A DNA stretch of 64,000 nucleotides from Octopus sinensis (lineage: Eukaryota), in assembly GCF_006345805.1 (NCBI RefSeq), contig NC_043007.1, positions 23,374,001 through 23,438,000 on the forward strand. Reading direction: 5' to 3'. Under the pieces are notes generated by a model. The model ran no database searches, had not been told where the DNA came from, and saw only the letters and a list, made by a program, of their open reading frames with translations. Shown here piece by piece: positions 24,941 to 38,440 of the stretch. Numbering within the stretch: position 1 is the stretch's first letter; the number at the start of each line of letters is the position of its first letter. Made by a program: the position numbers and the translations under genes.

Positions 24941-25279
24941 ATAATATCTCAACAGAAACTTATACTCAGACTTAAATTCCTTAGGCCAACACACAAACAA
25001 TAGCCAGGATCTGTCCCATAATCAAGAACTTTTATATACAAATGTGCATGTACTTAACATCTTTACTTTTAAGGCTGTTTTGCAGGATGTAGTTAAGATA
25101 TGCACTCCACTTAAGCAACAGCTTAATCCCATCCTAGTATTCATGCTCGTGATTTTAGTAAGAGTACATCACAAATTCCAGAATTTACAGCTGTGAAAAT
25201 TTGACTTCTTAATTACGAACTGACAAAATTATGTAACATCAACATGACGTCGAATACAGATACATTGGCAGAGAGGACT

Positions 25280-25527
25280 ATACATGCACGCACGCACGCA
25301 CATGCATACATACATCCACGCACACATACATACATACATACATACATACATACATACATACATACATACATACATACATACATACATTCATACGTATATA
25401 CATACATACATGCACGCACACATACATACATACATACATACATACATACATACATACATACATACATACATACATACATACATACATACATACATACATA
25501 CACGCACGCACACATACATACATACAT
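25280..25527. repeat. (CATA)n microsatellite
   Basis: Direct inspection. Confidence 0.95.
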
Positions 25528-25804
25528 GAGTATTGTTCCTTATAATATTTGCCATTATTACAAGCTTAGTAAAAGAAAGGGTAATCTTCTTTGATATATG
25601 AAAAGAAACACACCACGTGGAAAATATCTATACGTACACCATGGCGATGAAAGAACCCGGAATAAGCTATCGCAGATCTCGGAACTATCGAGAAAAAATT
25701 CCAGTGGTATTTTGGACTGAACCAAGACCTATACTAGTTTTGTAAGAATGTCTTGGGAAGATCCTTCGATAGGCTCATGAAGGGATTTAAATAATATGGG
25801 ATTA

Positions 25805-26225
25805 ATCTTTTCGGTTTGAACGGCAGTTTTTATAATTTCTAGGTAACTAAAAAATTTTAAACTCCGTATAGAGGTAGAATGTGTTTATAAAACATCTTTT
25901 TCTCTTGGCTTTATTGAGAAAATTCTATAGTTTGTAAGATATTTGTTGTTGCTTTTCTTCAATTTCTGCAATTTCAACCAATCACTGACGTCTATTGAGT
26001 AAAAAACATTCTGTGCCGTATGAATATGTCCCTCGTTTAAGAAACAGATTGGGTTTATTTACATTTGTGAAGAAAAAAAGATACCCTTCCCCCCACCCCT
26101 AACCCTAACTAACCGTAACCCTAAAATAGACTGAAATGCAATAGATCGATACTAGGGTCATAATTATGGGTGACAATTTCATATGGCACCGCTAGAAAAA
26201 AATGCCGTTCAAACCGAAAAGGTCT
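25805..26225 (-). mobile_element. MITE with ~28-bp TIRs and internal (CCCTAA)-like repeats
   Basis: TIRs atcttttcggtttgaacggcag / tgccgttcaaaccgaaaagg; inverted homologue of 35162-35622. Confidence 0.85.
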
Positions 26226-26728
26226 TAATATTGAGATAAGAAATACCGGACATTCTCAAATTTTTCAGAAAAACAATTACGCCAGCAAGCTGTAGGTATG
26301 TAGGTAGGTAGGTAGGTAGGTAGGTAGGTAGGAGGTAGGTAGGTAAGTAAGTAGGTAAGTAGGTATAGCTATTTAGTGGATACATAAATACTTACATAAT
26401 TTAGATCTTCACATCATAAGCTGTGATAGTTCTGATTCCACACTCACACGAAATATTTGCAAAATCATGCTGGATTTAACACGTTATTAACACAAGACCC
26501 GTTTAACCAATGGGAAATTAATGCGTCCGATGTCTTGAATTTACCTTTGATTTTAGTCTATTCCCATGTCTTCGCTAAAACTCTAGAGTAACGGCTAATG
26601 GCTCCCAGCCAAATAACCAAAAATGTTTTATATTATAGTTCTTACAAATAAACATACACACACACTATGTATGTATGTATGTATGTATGTATGTATGTAT
26701 GTATGTATGTATGTATGTATGTATGTAT

Positions 26729-26759
<31 letters not shown>

Positions 26760-27105
26760 GCATAGTATAGTGTAGTGTAGAATAGAATATTATGTAATAG
26801 GTTACGTACTGCGGTAAGCTGCGTAAAATGCGTTCTACGAGTGATTAGGCAACTAAGCGAGGAAATAAATACCAATGGCTTCATGCAGGTATCAGAGGTG
26901 AAAACACGATTGTCAGTAGATGTAAAACAGAGGGAAATACTTGTGTCTAACTAACATCCACTGAGAAAGGAAGATTATCAAGTTAAGCCTACATGAAGCT
27001 TGGCATGAAGTTAATTACATGTTTATCTACGCATACTTGATACACACAAGTTGTACAAGTAGATCCGTACACACAGGCAGGTCTGTATGTATGTATGTGG
27101 ATGTA

Positions 27106-27152
<47 letters not shown>

Positions 27153-27244
27153 TATAATATATATATACACATATGTGTATATATGTATATATATAATATA
27201 TATACACACACACACACATATATATATATGTATGTATGTATATA

Positions 27245-27451
27245 TTCTTTTATTCTTCTATTTGTTTCAGTCGAACAAAACGACCACAGGACTTATTCTT
27301 TGTAAGCCTAGTACTTATTCTATCGGTGTCTTTCGCCGAACCGCTAAGTTTCGTGGACGTAGACACGCCAACATCGGTTGTCAAGTGATGGTAGAGGGGA
27401 CAAACACAGACACACACACGCACACGCACACACACACACACACACACACAC

Positions 27452-27533
<82 letters not shown>

Positions 27534-27664
27534 GACGGGCTTCTTTCAGTTTACGTCCACCAAATCCACTCACAAGGTTTTGGTCGGCCCGAAGCTATAG
27601 TAGAAGCCACTTGCCCAAGGTGCCACGCAGTGGGTCTGGACCCGGAACCATGTGGTTGGTAAGC
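27245..27664 (-). mobile_element. SINE family A
   Basis: Tail, (CA)n(TA)n insert and head all present. Confidence 0.85.
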
Positions 27665-28509
27665 CGGTTTCCAACAAAGATACAAAGTTCCATCTTTGGG
27701 ATGTAGTTAACACAGACAAATTCACATTTGGAACTTTAAAAAAGTCTCGCATATTTTTACTGTTTCACTCATAGATTGGACTTGTAATGTCCGAATCAGC
27801 CGGTCAGTATCTCTTTCTGAAAATCCCAGTTTATCCAAATTTTCCTTTAAGCATTTACTAACAAAACCTAGTACTTCAATTATTATTGGTATGAATATGA
27901 ATTCATAGTCAGGATACAGAAGCTAGAGGTTTCGAAGCAGTTATCCATAGATCTCCCCTTTTTCTTTAATTTTCAGAGATATTAATATCTGCAGGGCAGC
28001 TAACCTCTATGATGGTACATACCTTTGCATGTATGTATGTATGTATGTATGTATGTATGTATGTATGTATGTATGTATGTATGTATGTAGGTAGGTAGGT
28101 AGGTAGGTATGTATGTCGGTAGGTAGGTAGGTAGGTAGGTAGGTAGGTAGGTAGGTAGGTATATACATATATGTGTGTGTGTATGTATATTATATGTATG
28201 TATACATACGCATGCGCACACACATAGAGTGCGTGTATGTGTGTGTGCATGCATGTGTGTGTGCATGCATGTGTGTGTGCATGCATGTGTGTGTGCGTGG
28301 GTGGATGCCGGCACATGCGTATACACTTCCTCCTTTCAAAAGAGCTTTTCCTTAACACTAATTACTTTTCTTCTCATTGTTGTTGAAATGCCAGTTGATT
28401 AATTACGTTTTGTTCCACCCTAAATACGGTATCCTGGATTTAAATACTCTTTGTGTAGAAGGCACCTTGGGAAAATCTCCAGCCTTATTATGCTATATCT
28501 GTGTGTGTG

Positions 28510-28546
<37 letters not shown>

Positions 28547-29631
28547 CTTATGTATAGGTCTCTGCGCTTGATTAAAAACCCACAATAACTCCTTTGTTTA
28601 TAAACCAGTGTGTATAAGGTTTATTATTTAGTGAAGGGCTATGTATATATATACAGAGAGAAAGAGAGACTAGATATATAGATATATGTATAGATCAGTT
28701 ATACATATGCATGTGTGTTTGTGTTTTCGTGCGTGTATATATATATATATATAACTAGTCTATTTAACGATTTCTCATGAAGATGACATAAACGCAACTC
28801 TCGAAAGATCGACGGTTATAAACACCTCCTCGAAGAATGTGAAGACCAGGCCAGAAAGCAGAACACTCAGTCGAAGTGAGATGTAGAGGATACATTGAAA
28901 ACAATATTAGGCGATGGTTGTTGTCGCTAAATCTAACTCAACGTAAAGCAAATACCATTAAACTTTTATAATTTTACCGTCAAAAACATTATTGAGTATT
29001 GTACTTCATATCTATAACTTTCCCTATTAAACCTACCGCATTAATTTCTCCACCTCTGGATTGAGCTCTCCAAAATCTGTGGAGATGCGAACTCTGCTTC
29101 TTCATTCCTTTAAAACTATATGGGGCTTGTTTACAATTCCCCTCCTTCATTCTACGATTAATTTATTTTCTATCTAGATTCGCTTTAACCTATAATTACA
29201 CCTTAAATTTTAAATCCGCTCAGATTGAAACCTTATGCATATTTTCTCTCCAGCTCTGAGACGTTTGTTTCTAATTTGACATACGCTTACTACTATTTAA
29301 TCAAACTTCATCTACAATCTCCATCCTTAATTAATATATCGTTAATTTCATTTAATTCTTATCGTTCACGTGCTATGATTACCCGTTATGCTTCCATTAG
29401 TCTTAAAACGTAAAGATTACTGTTTTTGCTAAGTACAATGTCCTTTCCTTGTAGCATTATACATACGTTTGAATTATTCTTCCTTATCAACGCCTACATA
29501 GGAATTTTTCTGATAATAATTATGAAATATCTCTGTTAGGGTTTTATACATAATAATTTATAATGTTTAACAGAAATTACTGACACCAACGTGTTTTATC
29601 TTGTTTTTTTGTTTGTTTTTTTGTCACAACA

Positions 29632-30031
29632 CGCAGACGTGGGCGTGTAATTATGGAGTTTGCTTTGGAACCACGTGGTTTTGAGTTCAATTCCACAGTA
29701 TGGAACTTTGGGCAAGCGTCTTTAACTGTGTCCCGAAGGTGACCAATACTTCGTGAGTGAATTTGACGGAAACTGTGTAAAATTCCGTGGTGTGTGTGTG
29801 TATAAACATGGGTGGTGCTTTTTGTATTTTTATCCCACACCCACCACCTAACAACCGGTATTGGTTTGTTTACGTCATTGTAATTAGCAGCTCGGTTAAA
29901 TAGAGCGATAGAATAAATACCAGACTTTTAAAAAGAAAAATACAAGGGATCATTTGTTAAACTAAAATCCTTCGAGGCGGTACCCCAGTATGGCCGCAGG
30001 CCAATGAATGAAACAATAAAAGATAAAAGAA
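29632..30031 (+). mobile_element. SINE family A, diverged
   Basis: ctttgggcaagcgtc core; tail ccagtatggccgcaggccaatgaatgaaacaataaaag. Confidence 0.8.
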
Positions 30032-30058
30032 TACCCGTAGTATTTATAATTCTTCTGA

Positions 30059-30590
30059 GGCGGCGAGCTGGCAAAAACGTTAGCACGCCGGGCGAAATGC
30101 TTAGCGGTATTTTGTCTGCCGTTACGTTCTGAGTTCAAATTCCGCCGAGGTCGACTTTGCCTTTCATCCTTCGAGATCGATAGATTAAGTACCAGTTACG
30201 CACTGGGGTTCGATATAATCGACTTAATCCGTCTGTCTGTCCTTGTTTGTCTCCTCTGTGTTTACCCCCTTGTGGGTAGTAAAGAAATAGATATTTCATC
30301 TGCCATTACGTCCTGAGTTCAAATCAGCCGAGGTCGACTTTGCCTTTCATCCTTTCGGGATCGATAGATTAAGTACCAGTTACGCACTGGGGTTCGATAT
30401 AATCGACTTAATCCGTCTGTTTCATCTGCCGTTACGTTCTGAGTTCAAATTCGGCCGAGGTCGACTTTACCTCTCATCCTTTCCAGGTCTATAAATGAAG
30501 TATCAGTAGCGTACTTCGGTCGATCTAATCGACTTCCTCCCACCCTCTCCCAAAATTTCGAGCTGTGTGCCTACAGTAGAAAAGAACATT
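30059..30590 (+). mobile_element. SINE family B, head plus three tandem bodies
   Basis: Body restarts at ~30107, ~30291 and ~30420 (tttc[ag]tctgcc.ttacgt.ctgagttcaaat). Confidence 0.88.
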
Positions 30591-30969
30591 TATAAGTTTT
30601 CTTTGATTTAAACTCTCCAAATTCTGTTTCTTCATTTCTTCTGTCTTTTCAGTGTAGCTTGTGTACAATTCGGTTGACTCATCCTTTTTTATTCAATTAA
30701 CATTTATCTGCATTAACCTATGCTATGACAATATTTTGAAATATATTCCTGTCTTTTCATAGGCCAATTCTACACAATGCTCTGCGTATATATATGATAT
30801 TACTTGGGTGCAGGTGTGGCTGTGTGGTAAGAAGTTTGTTTCCCAGTCACATACTTCCTGGTTCAGTCCCGCTGCATGGCATTTTGACAAGTGTCTTCTG
30901 CTATAGCCTTGGATCAACCAAAGCTATGTGAGTGGCTTTGGTAAACAGAAACTGAAAGAAGCCCATCAA

Positions 30970-31176
30970 CGCCATGATAGATCGTAGCTCCTACACGCAT
31001 TTTTTTCTCTCCTTGTTTCTCTCCTTGTTTTTTTTCTGTGTATCTTTCTGTCGAAGAGCGTAGGCTCGAAACGTAAAAGACTTGTTCTATTTCTATTCCT
31101 GAGTGCCATACTAATACATTTGTTTGTTTGTAGTCCACCTGCCTTCGTCTTTTGTTTATTTTCGTAAACCTTCCCT
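30970..31176 (+). mobile_element. Penelope-like terminal repeat module
   Basis: Pyrimidine-rich leader, hammerhead motif, cctgagtgccatactaatac block (cf. cctgagcgtccaataatac at 19347), ends in (TA)n. Confidence 0.65.
31043..31080 (+). ncRNA. Minimal hammerhead-like motif with A6U core substitution
   Basis: UCUUU-CUGUCGA-A-GAGC(guag)GCUC-GAAA-C-GUA^AAAGA: 5-bp stem I and 4-bp stem II perfect. Confidence 0.65.
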
Positions 31177-31489
31177 ATATATATATATATATATATATAT
31201 GGGGGGGGGGGGTCTTTGTGTCTGTGTTTGCTCCCTACCACTGCTTGACAACCAGTGTTGGTGTGTTTGCGTCCTGGCAACTTAGCGGTTCGGCAAAAGA
31301 GTCTGATAGAATAAGTACAAGGCTTGAAAAATATAAGTACTGGGGTCGATTCTTTCGACTAAAATAAACTCTGCTCGGCGGTGCCCCAGCATGCCACAGT
31401 CTAATTAATGACTGTAATAAATAAAAGGTAATAGATATCTCTAGTAATATTCGGCATAATGTTCGAGTTTGTTCAAGAATGAAACACAA

Positions 31490-31568
31490 AGTCGGCCTCG
31501 GCGGAATTTGAACTCAGAACGCGAAGACGGGAAAATGCCGTGCTAACGATTCCACAAGCTCGCCGCCC
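31490..31568 (-). mobile_element. SINE family B head fragment
   Basis: gtcggcctcggcggaatttgaactcagaacg...gctcgccgcc. Confidence 0.75.
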
Positions 31569-32020
31569 CATATCTAAATTGAATACTACCACACCATTCT
31601 ACTGTGACGTACACGTTCGGTTGTTTCATTTTCCCCGTTAGATAATATTAAAGCAACAATTACCGTTCGCGGTAGATATGAATGTTTTGAATTATTAACT
31701 TATCTTTAATCTTAGAGGCCTTCCTGATATTTGTACGAATGGTAAATGGCAGTGTGTATCCAAATATCTCGGATAAAACTAATCTTCTGTGTTTCAGGGA
31801 AAATTGCATTTCGTTTCGCCTAATCTCTGTCCATTTTATTTCCATATCTCCAGTCACCTTTGGATATGAGCGGATTTCTAACTGAAAGTCATTTTTCTGT
31901 GGGGCGGATTTTCAGCAAACTCAGTATGTCACAGATTCACGGAATTAAGACTACAGGAAAAACTTTGAGACCTTTTTTTTTGTGTGTGTGTGTGTGTTAC
32001 TTCGAACTGAATCAGTGTAC

Positions 32021-32058
<38 letters not shown>

Positions 32059-32266
32059 TGGTGTGTGTGTGTGCGTGTGTACTTATGTAAATGTGAGTAT
32101 GTATGTGTTATAGACTCACAATATATCTATCTTTCTTTCTGTCTCTCTCTTCCCCCATTGTCAGTGTTTTGATATCAATATATCATTAAAGTATGTATGT
32201 GTGTTTGTGTGTGTATGTATGTGTGTGTTCGTGTGTCTGTGTGTGTGTGTTTTTGTATGTCTGTGT

Positions 32267-32392
32267 GTGGAGGCGTGTAGCTTAGGATGTTGCACACATG
32301 ATCGTAAGATTGTGGTTTCGGTTCCTGGACCGGGCAATGCTTTCTGTTCTTGAGCGAAACACTTCATTTTACCTCACCCTAGTTCCCTCAGC
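32267..32392 (+). mobile_element. SINE family C, 5' part
   Basis: gtggaggcgtg head, tgttcttgagcgaaacacttcatttt core. Confidence 0.65.
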
Positions 32393-32574
32393 AGTCAAAA
32401 AGTAATAATCCAGCAGAATCCACATAATCCGGGACATCCACACAATCCGCGAAAACCGATCCTCCGAGCGTATGGCGCGATAAGAGCCTTCGAACTTTTG
32501 TTTCTTTGTTTTTTTTATGTACATACATACGTGTATGTGCGCGTTTGTGTGCGTGTATATCTATTATGATACTT

Positions 32575-32908
32575 AAGCGCATGGCTCGGTGGTTAGAGCG
32601 TCGGGCACACAATCATGAAATAGTAAGTTCGATTCCCGGACCGGGTTGTGTGTTGTGTTTTTGAGGCAAGACACTTTATTTCACGTCGCTCCACTTCACT
32701 CAGCTGTAGAAATGAGTTGCGACTTCGCTAGTGCCAAGCCGTATTGGCCATTGCCTTTCCCTTGGATAACATCGGTGGCATGGAGAGGTGGGGGCTGGTA
32801 TACATGGGTCACAGTTAACCTTCCATAAACAACCTCGCCCGGACTTGTGGGCCGGAGGATAACTTTCTAGGTGTAATCCCATGGTCATTCATAACCGAAG
32901 GGGGTCTC
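32575..32908 (+). mobile_element. SINE family C, full length, tail type T3
   Basis: gcgcatggctcggtggttagagcg (A box), gttcgattcc (B box), gcaagacactttatttcacg core. Confidence 0.8.
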
Positions 32909-33367
32909 TCATGTATGTATATGTCTCTGTGTGTGAGGGTGTATGTGTATGAGTGTAAGTGTGTAAATTATGATGATACTTGATGACAGTTGCTCCCATA
33001 AATACTAAAATCAAATTTTAGATTTATGGAGGGTCAAAGTTGGGAACAAAAACAGGACAGTGGAGACATACATATGTATGTATGTATGAGGGGCTTCTTG
33101 CAGTTTCCGTCTATCAGGTTCACTCACAAGGCTTTGTAGAAAACCTTTACCTATGGTGCCATGCAGTGGGACTGAACCCGGGACCAAAGCTTACCAACAC
33201 TACCAATGGTTTCTCATGTATCTTAAGAATTATCAAGCCTTCTACAAGGGAGCGTTGGTACACGTCTCCAAAATTTAGCCTTGTTAACCCAGAAATAAAG
33301 AATATCTACCTATGCGGTGTCGAGCACTCATGCTCACTGTTGGATGTGTGTGCGTGTGTGCGTGTGT

Positions 33368-33368
<1 letters not shown>

Positions 33369-33420
<52 letters not shown>

Positions 33421-33503
33421 GGTGGTGGTGATGGTGGTGGTGGTGGTGGTGGTGGTGGTGGTGGTGGTGGTGGTAGTAGTAGTAGTATAGTAGTAGTAGT
33501 AGT
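33369..33503. repeat. (TAG)n(TGG)n(TAG)n compound trinucleotide repeat
   Basis: Direct inspection. Confidence 0.95.
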
Positions 33504-35087
33504 TTATGCGTATGTATATACGAATAAGTATGTGCATTACGCACCTGAAAATAATTGAAATGTATCGTAGATAGAAACACAAAATATGACGTTAACAGTC
33601 CAGAAACCCAAACCATTATTCTAATTATGACACGTCTCAGTAATTTTCGTGTTTAACTGTTTAGGACATTAGAGATATGAAAGCACGCAGTAATCGTACT
33701 ATTTCTTCTCTGTGTTGTTTGTGCAAAGCAATTATCGTCAGCAACACGTTAATGTGTGTAGGCAATCGAACAAGACAGGTAATATGCAATAATATCACAT
33801 TGTGTAAGGAGAGTTAAAGTTTATCTAATATTTATAAGGTCTCACTACGTATTTACCGATATATCTCTCCGTGTAAACAAATCATCTTGTTCATAATCAT
33901 CGATATATCTATACATACAAAGAACGAGCATGGGCAGAAATATATTAGTCTGCATACATAGCGATATCTTGAAGTGTGTATTTATAAAATGATATCTCAG
34001 AGTGTATTGTTAGTGATATAAATCCCTGCAGTATAAGCATAATATTTCAGTTTGTTTGAAGATCATGTTGTCTTCGAAAGACAGAGAAAGAGCGGGGAGA
34101 GAAATGCATACATAAATGTATGTATATATGTGCGTATATATATATATATATATATATATATGCGTGTGTGGGCGCACGCGTAAGTGTATATATGTGTTGA
34201 TGTTGATATTGCTATAAAACACACTATGTAGTGTTATTACGTATTTATTGTCATGTACATATTATCAAGCTTTCACCATCAGATAATTAATACCGGATGG
34301 ACTTATATATATACAACCTAACGATATATTACATGGCCATATCTATATTGAAGTACATTAAGTACGTCTAAATCAAACTCACGTAATCTCTCTCTCTCTA
34401 CACACACAAGCACACACACATTCACTCACTCTCTCTTCTCTTTTCCTCTGGATCGAAAATATTTTAATACATAGTATTAATCATTTCAGTGTGCATATCT
34501 CATTATTTCAGTGCGTAAATCTCACTTTTAGGAGATAACACACACATCGCTATTGAAAATTGATATTCCCTGCAGCAGAAAATATGAGAAATTTCGCTGA
34601 AAGTCATCGCCGAGGTTTAGTAAGCTGCTGTCATTCATTACACCTCTTGTTTTCTATTTGTGAGACAGCTGGTACTATGCAAACCAGAGATCAATTAATC
34701 TTTTGGACGACGTATACGTGCTACCTGTTAACAGTGATATATTACACATATATGTTTCCACACGTCTGTATTATGTCACGCCATCTTTTAAGTGTGAAAC
34801 TAATGTGTTAAAGATACAGAAATCGAAAGATACGGACCAATGTACTGCGTAAACAAATCAGTCAGAATAACAAATTGTACATATCTTTTAGTCTTCGATA
34901 GCTTAAAACGGGCAGAGAGAGAGCTTATCTCCTATTTCCGTGCATTATGCACATGATAGCATTTTCTGACGATCAGATATCTTTCGTCGTCACGTGTTTG
35001 TGTGTGCGTGTGTGTGTGGGTGAGTGCGTGTGCGTGTATTTAGATATACACATACATTCATACATATATACATACTGACACACGTAT

Positions 35088-35161
<74 letters not shown>

Positions 35162-35163
<2 letters not shown>

Positions 35164-35622
35164 ATCTTTTCGGTTTGAACGCAGTTTTTCTAACGATGTC
35201 ATATGAAATTGTCACCCTTAATTATGACCCTAGTATCGATCTATTGCGTTTCAATCTGTTTTAGGGTTAGGGTTAGTTACGGTTAGTTAGGGTTAGTTAG
35301 GTTGGGGTTAGGGTTAGGGTTAGGGGTGGGGGGAAGGGTACCTTTTTTTCTTCAGAAATATAAATAAACCCAATCTGTTTCTTAAACGAGGGACATATTC
35401 ATACGGCACAGAATGTTTTCACCTCAATAGACGTCAGTGATTGGTTGAAATTGCAGAAATTGAAGAAAAAAACAACAAATATCTTACAAACTATAGAATA
35501 TTCTCAATAAAGCCAAGGGAAAAAGATGTTTTATAAACAAATTCTACCAGTATAGGAAGTTTAAAAGTGTTTAGTTACGTGGAAATTATTTTAAAAAACT
35601 GCCGTTCAGACCGAAAAGATCC
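35162..35622 (+). mobile_element. MITE with GGATC...GATCC TIRs and internal (TTAGGG)-like array, inserted in (TA)n
   Basis: ggatcttttcggtttgaacgcagttttt / aaaaactgccgttcagaccgaaaagatcc; (TA)n on both flanks; second copy at 25805-26225. Confidence 0.88.
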
Positions 35623-36239
35623 ATATATATATATATATAGGTTGAAGAACTAAATACAAAATGGTAGAGTAGGTTATTTTTCAGCTGTAATTGTGTTGCT
35701 CGTGCTACTATTAATTCCACGCTTTGCAGATTTTCAAGCGTTCAATGTAAATAAAATAAATAATAACACTTTTGTTTTTATATAACAGAATAAATTGTAA
35801 AAACCGTTGAATAAAGGACTGTGAATATAAAACCTCTTATTTGTGTGCGAATAGTTAATAATAATAAACGTATTCTATATGTTTATTGTCCGTGTTTCAC
35901 CCGCTTGTCATTTCGATATGAATATGTGAGCGATATTCGTGTATGAGTGCATGTATGTTTAAATGAAACCATATGTTTAATAATTTACTCTCACAGTGAA
36001 AAGAGACTTCGTAATTGAGACATAGGGCTTTCGGCAGCTTGGAAAGAATTAAAGAATCATCAGGGATATTGTGAAGTAACAAGTTTAATAATTCATTAAG
36101 GAATCATCAGGGATCGCTTATCTCTGTCTGTCAATTTGTCAAAGTTACGAAACATAAAACTACTTATTGAAGATGTAAACGAAATTATGACAGTCATAAA
36201 GGAATATACATAATCATGCATTGCAGTCCCTCTTAAATT

Positions 36240-36709
36240 AATGAGGGGTGTAGCTATTGACCTTTCACTGGATCGACTCGATCTATCGTGAAGATCGCCC
36301 CACTGCCCTCTTTTAAAGTGTTTGGGTAGGTACTTTTCCTCTGTTTGGGGGCTATGGCGAAAGCCCTTCTGTGGTGGGCTCTACGCTTAAAAGAAACAGG
36401 ATGTTCACGTTCGTCTTCGGTCAAGCTCTATTCGGCTTTTTCGAATTTTATTTGAAAAGAATGTGAGGGCAGAGAGAGAAGTGCTCTCCTCTTGTGAATT
36501 TTTCAAAAGATGGGTGACTGCGGGGAAAACGGATAGAGTGGATGAATCTACTCTAAACACGAGTCTGTGGATCAAAGAACAACAGCTGGAGTGAGAGAGA
36601 GTACATGCCCTTGTTGGTCAGGATGATCCTAGGTCTGTAGGGTGTTTTGACTGGTCCTTGCCGAGGGCCCTAGCATCATGCATGTATTAATATATTTTGT
36701 ATACTATTC

Positions 36710-36710
<1 letters not shown>
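36240..36710 (+). mobile_element. Decayed L1/Tx1-like LINE 3' end
   Basis: Frameshifted FEFYLKR/NVRAEREVLSSCEFFKRWV resembles Tx1-clade ORF2 C-termini; followed by (TC)n. Confidence 0.4.
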
Positions 36711-36807
<97 letters not shown>

Positions 36808-36914
36808 TCACTCGATAATATGTAAACCGTCACACGACTTATAATCTATCTTCCCAATGTTTCCTTCACCCAACGCAAATAAAAGAAATCCTCCTCCTTA
36901 TCATCATCATCATG

Positions 36915-37450
36915 CGTTCTGAGTTCAAATTCCGCTGGGGTCGACTTTGCCTTTTATCTTTTCGGGGTCGATAAAATAAGTACTAGTTCATCACTGGGGT
37001 CGAAGCAATCGACTTATCTCCTCCCCCAAATATTGCTGGCCCTGTGCAAAAATTTGAAACCATCATCATTATCATAATTATTAACATTAATGCGATGAGC
37101 TGGCAAAGTCGTGAGCACGCCGGGCAAAATGCTTAGTGGCATTTCGTCCGTCTTTACGTTCTGAGTTCAAATTCAACTGAGGTCGACTTTGTCTTTCAGG
37201 GTTGATTAAATAAGTACCAGTTACGCACTGGGGTCGATATAATCGACTTAATCCGTTTGTCTGTCCTTGTTTGTCCTCTCTGTGTTTAGCCCCTTGTGGG
37301 TAGTAAAGAAATAGGCATTTCGTCCGTCTATACGTTCTGAGTTCAAATTCAGCTGAGGTCGACTTTACCTTTCATTCTTTCAGGGTCGATAAATAAGTAC
37401 CTATAAAATACTGGAGTTAATGTAATCAGCTCCCCTTGTACCAAAAACTG
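36915..37450 (+). mobile_element. Cluster of SINE family B copies (36915-37060; 37092-37450 dimer)
   Basis: Repeated gttctgagttcaaatt...ggtcgactttg blocks. Confidence 0.8.
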
Positions 37451-37963
37451 AAATCATTATTATAATCATCATCATTATCATCTTTATTATTAACGTCACC
37501 ATCATTTATTATTATTACAAGACATGAATTTAAGAAGTTGTCTTCAAAGGAATTACGATACAGATTATAAACACCAGATGGCCTTAAGCATTTTATCCGG
37601 CACTCTATTATATAAAACAATAACTTGCAATATCTTATAATTTATTGCTTTCTGCTACTTGTATAATAACGAAAGCGGCAAACAAATAAAAGGTCTACAA
37701 AGTGTGGTCAAGCGATGTGCTAGAAATAGCAGTGAAATCTCTTTGCAATCATACCCTATTGTTCTAAAACAAGGACACAACAGGTAATTGTGTACTCGTA
37801 GACAAGTTATTGGCCAGATCAGTCACAGCTGATTTAGGGGTTTGGGTAGGGGTCAGCCAACGACGCCAAGCTAGCTTCACGTGTACCAGTTGAGTACTGG
37901 GGTCGATGTAATCGACTTACCCCCTCCTCTGAAGTTGCTGGCTTTGTACCAAAATTTGAAACC

Positions 37964-38143
37964 ATTATTATTATTACTATTATTATTGTTGTTTGTATTG
38001 CTGTTGTTTTGTTTATTGTTGTTGTTGTTATCATCATCAACATCGTCATCATCGAGTCATTATTATTATCGTCATCGTCGTCATCATCATTATCATCGTC
38101 ATCATCAGCATCACCACAATTGTCATTCTTCTTCTTCTTCTTA

Positions 38144-38187
<44 letters not shown>

Positions 38188-38318
38188 GAGTGAGAGAGCG
38201 GTGCATGCCATCAAATATTATTATTATCATCATCATCATTATCATCGCCATCATCATCATCATCATCATTATCATCATCATCATCATCATCATCATCATT
38301 ATCATCATCATCATCATT

Positions 38319-38362
<44 letters not shown>

Positions 38363-38440
38363 TATCATCATCATCATCATCATCGCCATCATCATCATCA
38401 TCATCATTGCCATCATCATCATCATCACCACTACCATTAT
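37964..38440. repeat. (ATT)/(ATC)/(GTT)n compound trinucleotide repeats
   Basis: Direct inspection; source of the poly-H/I/M ORFs. Confidence 0.95.

Larger units (their letters stand above)
30806..31430 (+). mobile_element. SINE family A with a Penelope-like module inserted at its internal microsatellite
   Basis: Head 30806-30965 and tail ~31210-31430 flank the insert. Confidence 0.8.

Noticed and set aside
20091-25594. Long ORFs rich in YI, HT, CV, MYVC, MDGW
   Set aside because: Stop-free translations of di- and tetranucleotide microsatellites in multiple frames; no coding complexity
28770-28815. Possible additional hammerhead (atgaagatgac...tcgaaagatc)
   Set aside because: C3 missing and stems I/II do not pair convincingly
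30059-30590. CRISPR-like regular repeats
   Set aside because: Tandem SINE bodies without unique spacers; eukaryotic context and no cas genes
32575-32650. tRNA-like sequences with A and B boxes (also at 6950-7025, 18572-18640, 20140-20214)
   Set aside because: SINE heads continuing into SINE bodies; no complete cloverleaf or terminator
33040-33616. Ser/Gly-rich and His/Tyr-rich ORFs
   Set aside because: (TAG)n(TGG)n repeat preceded by a SINE fragment
35261-35340. Telomere or chromosome-fusion site
   Set aside because: Short degenerate array inside a two-copy MITE
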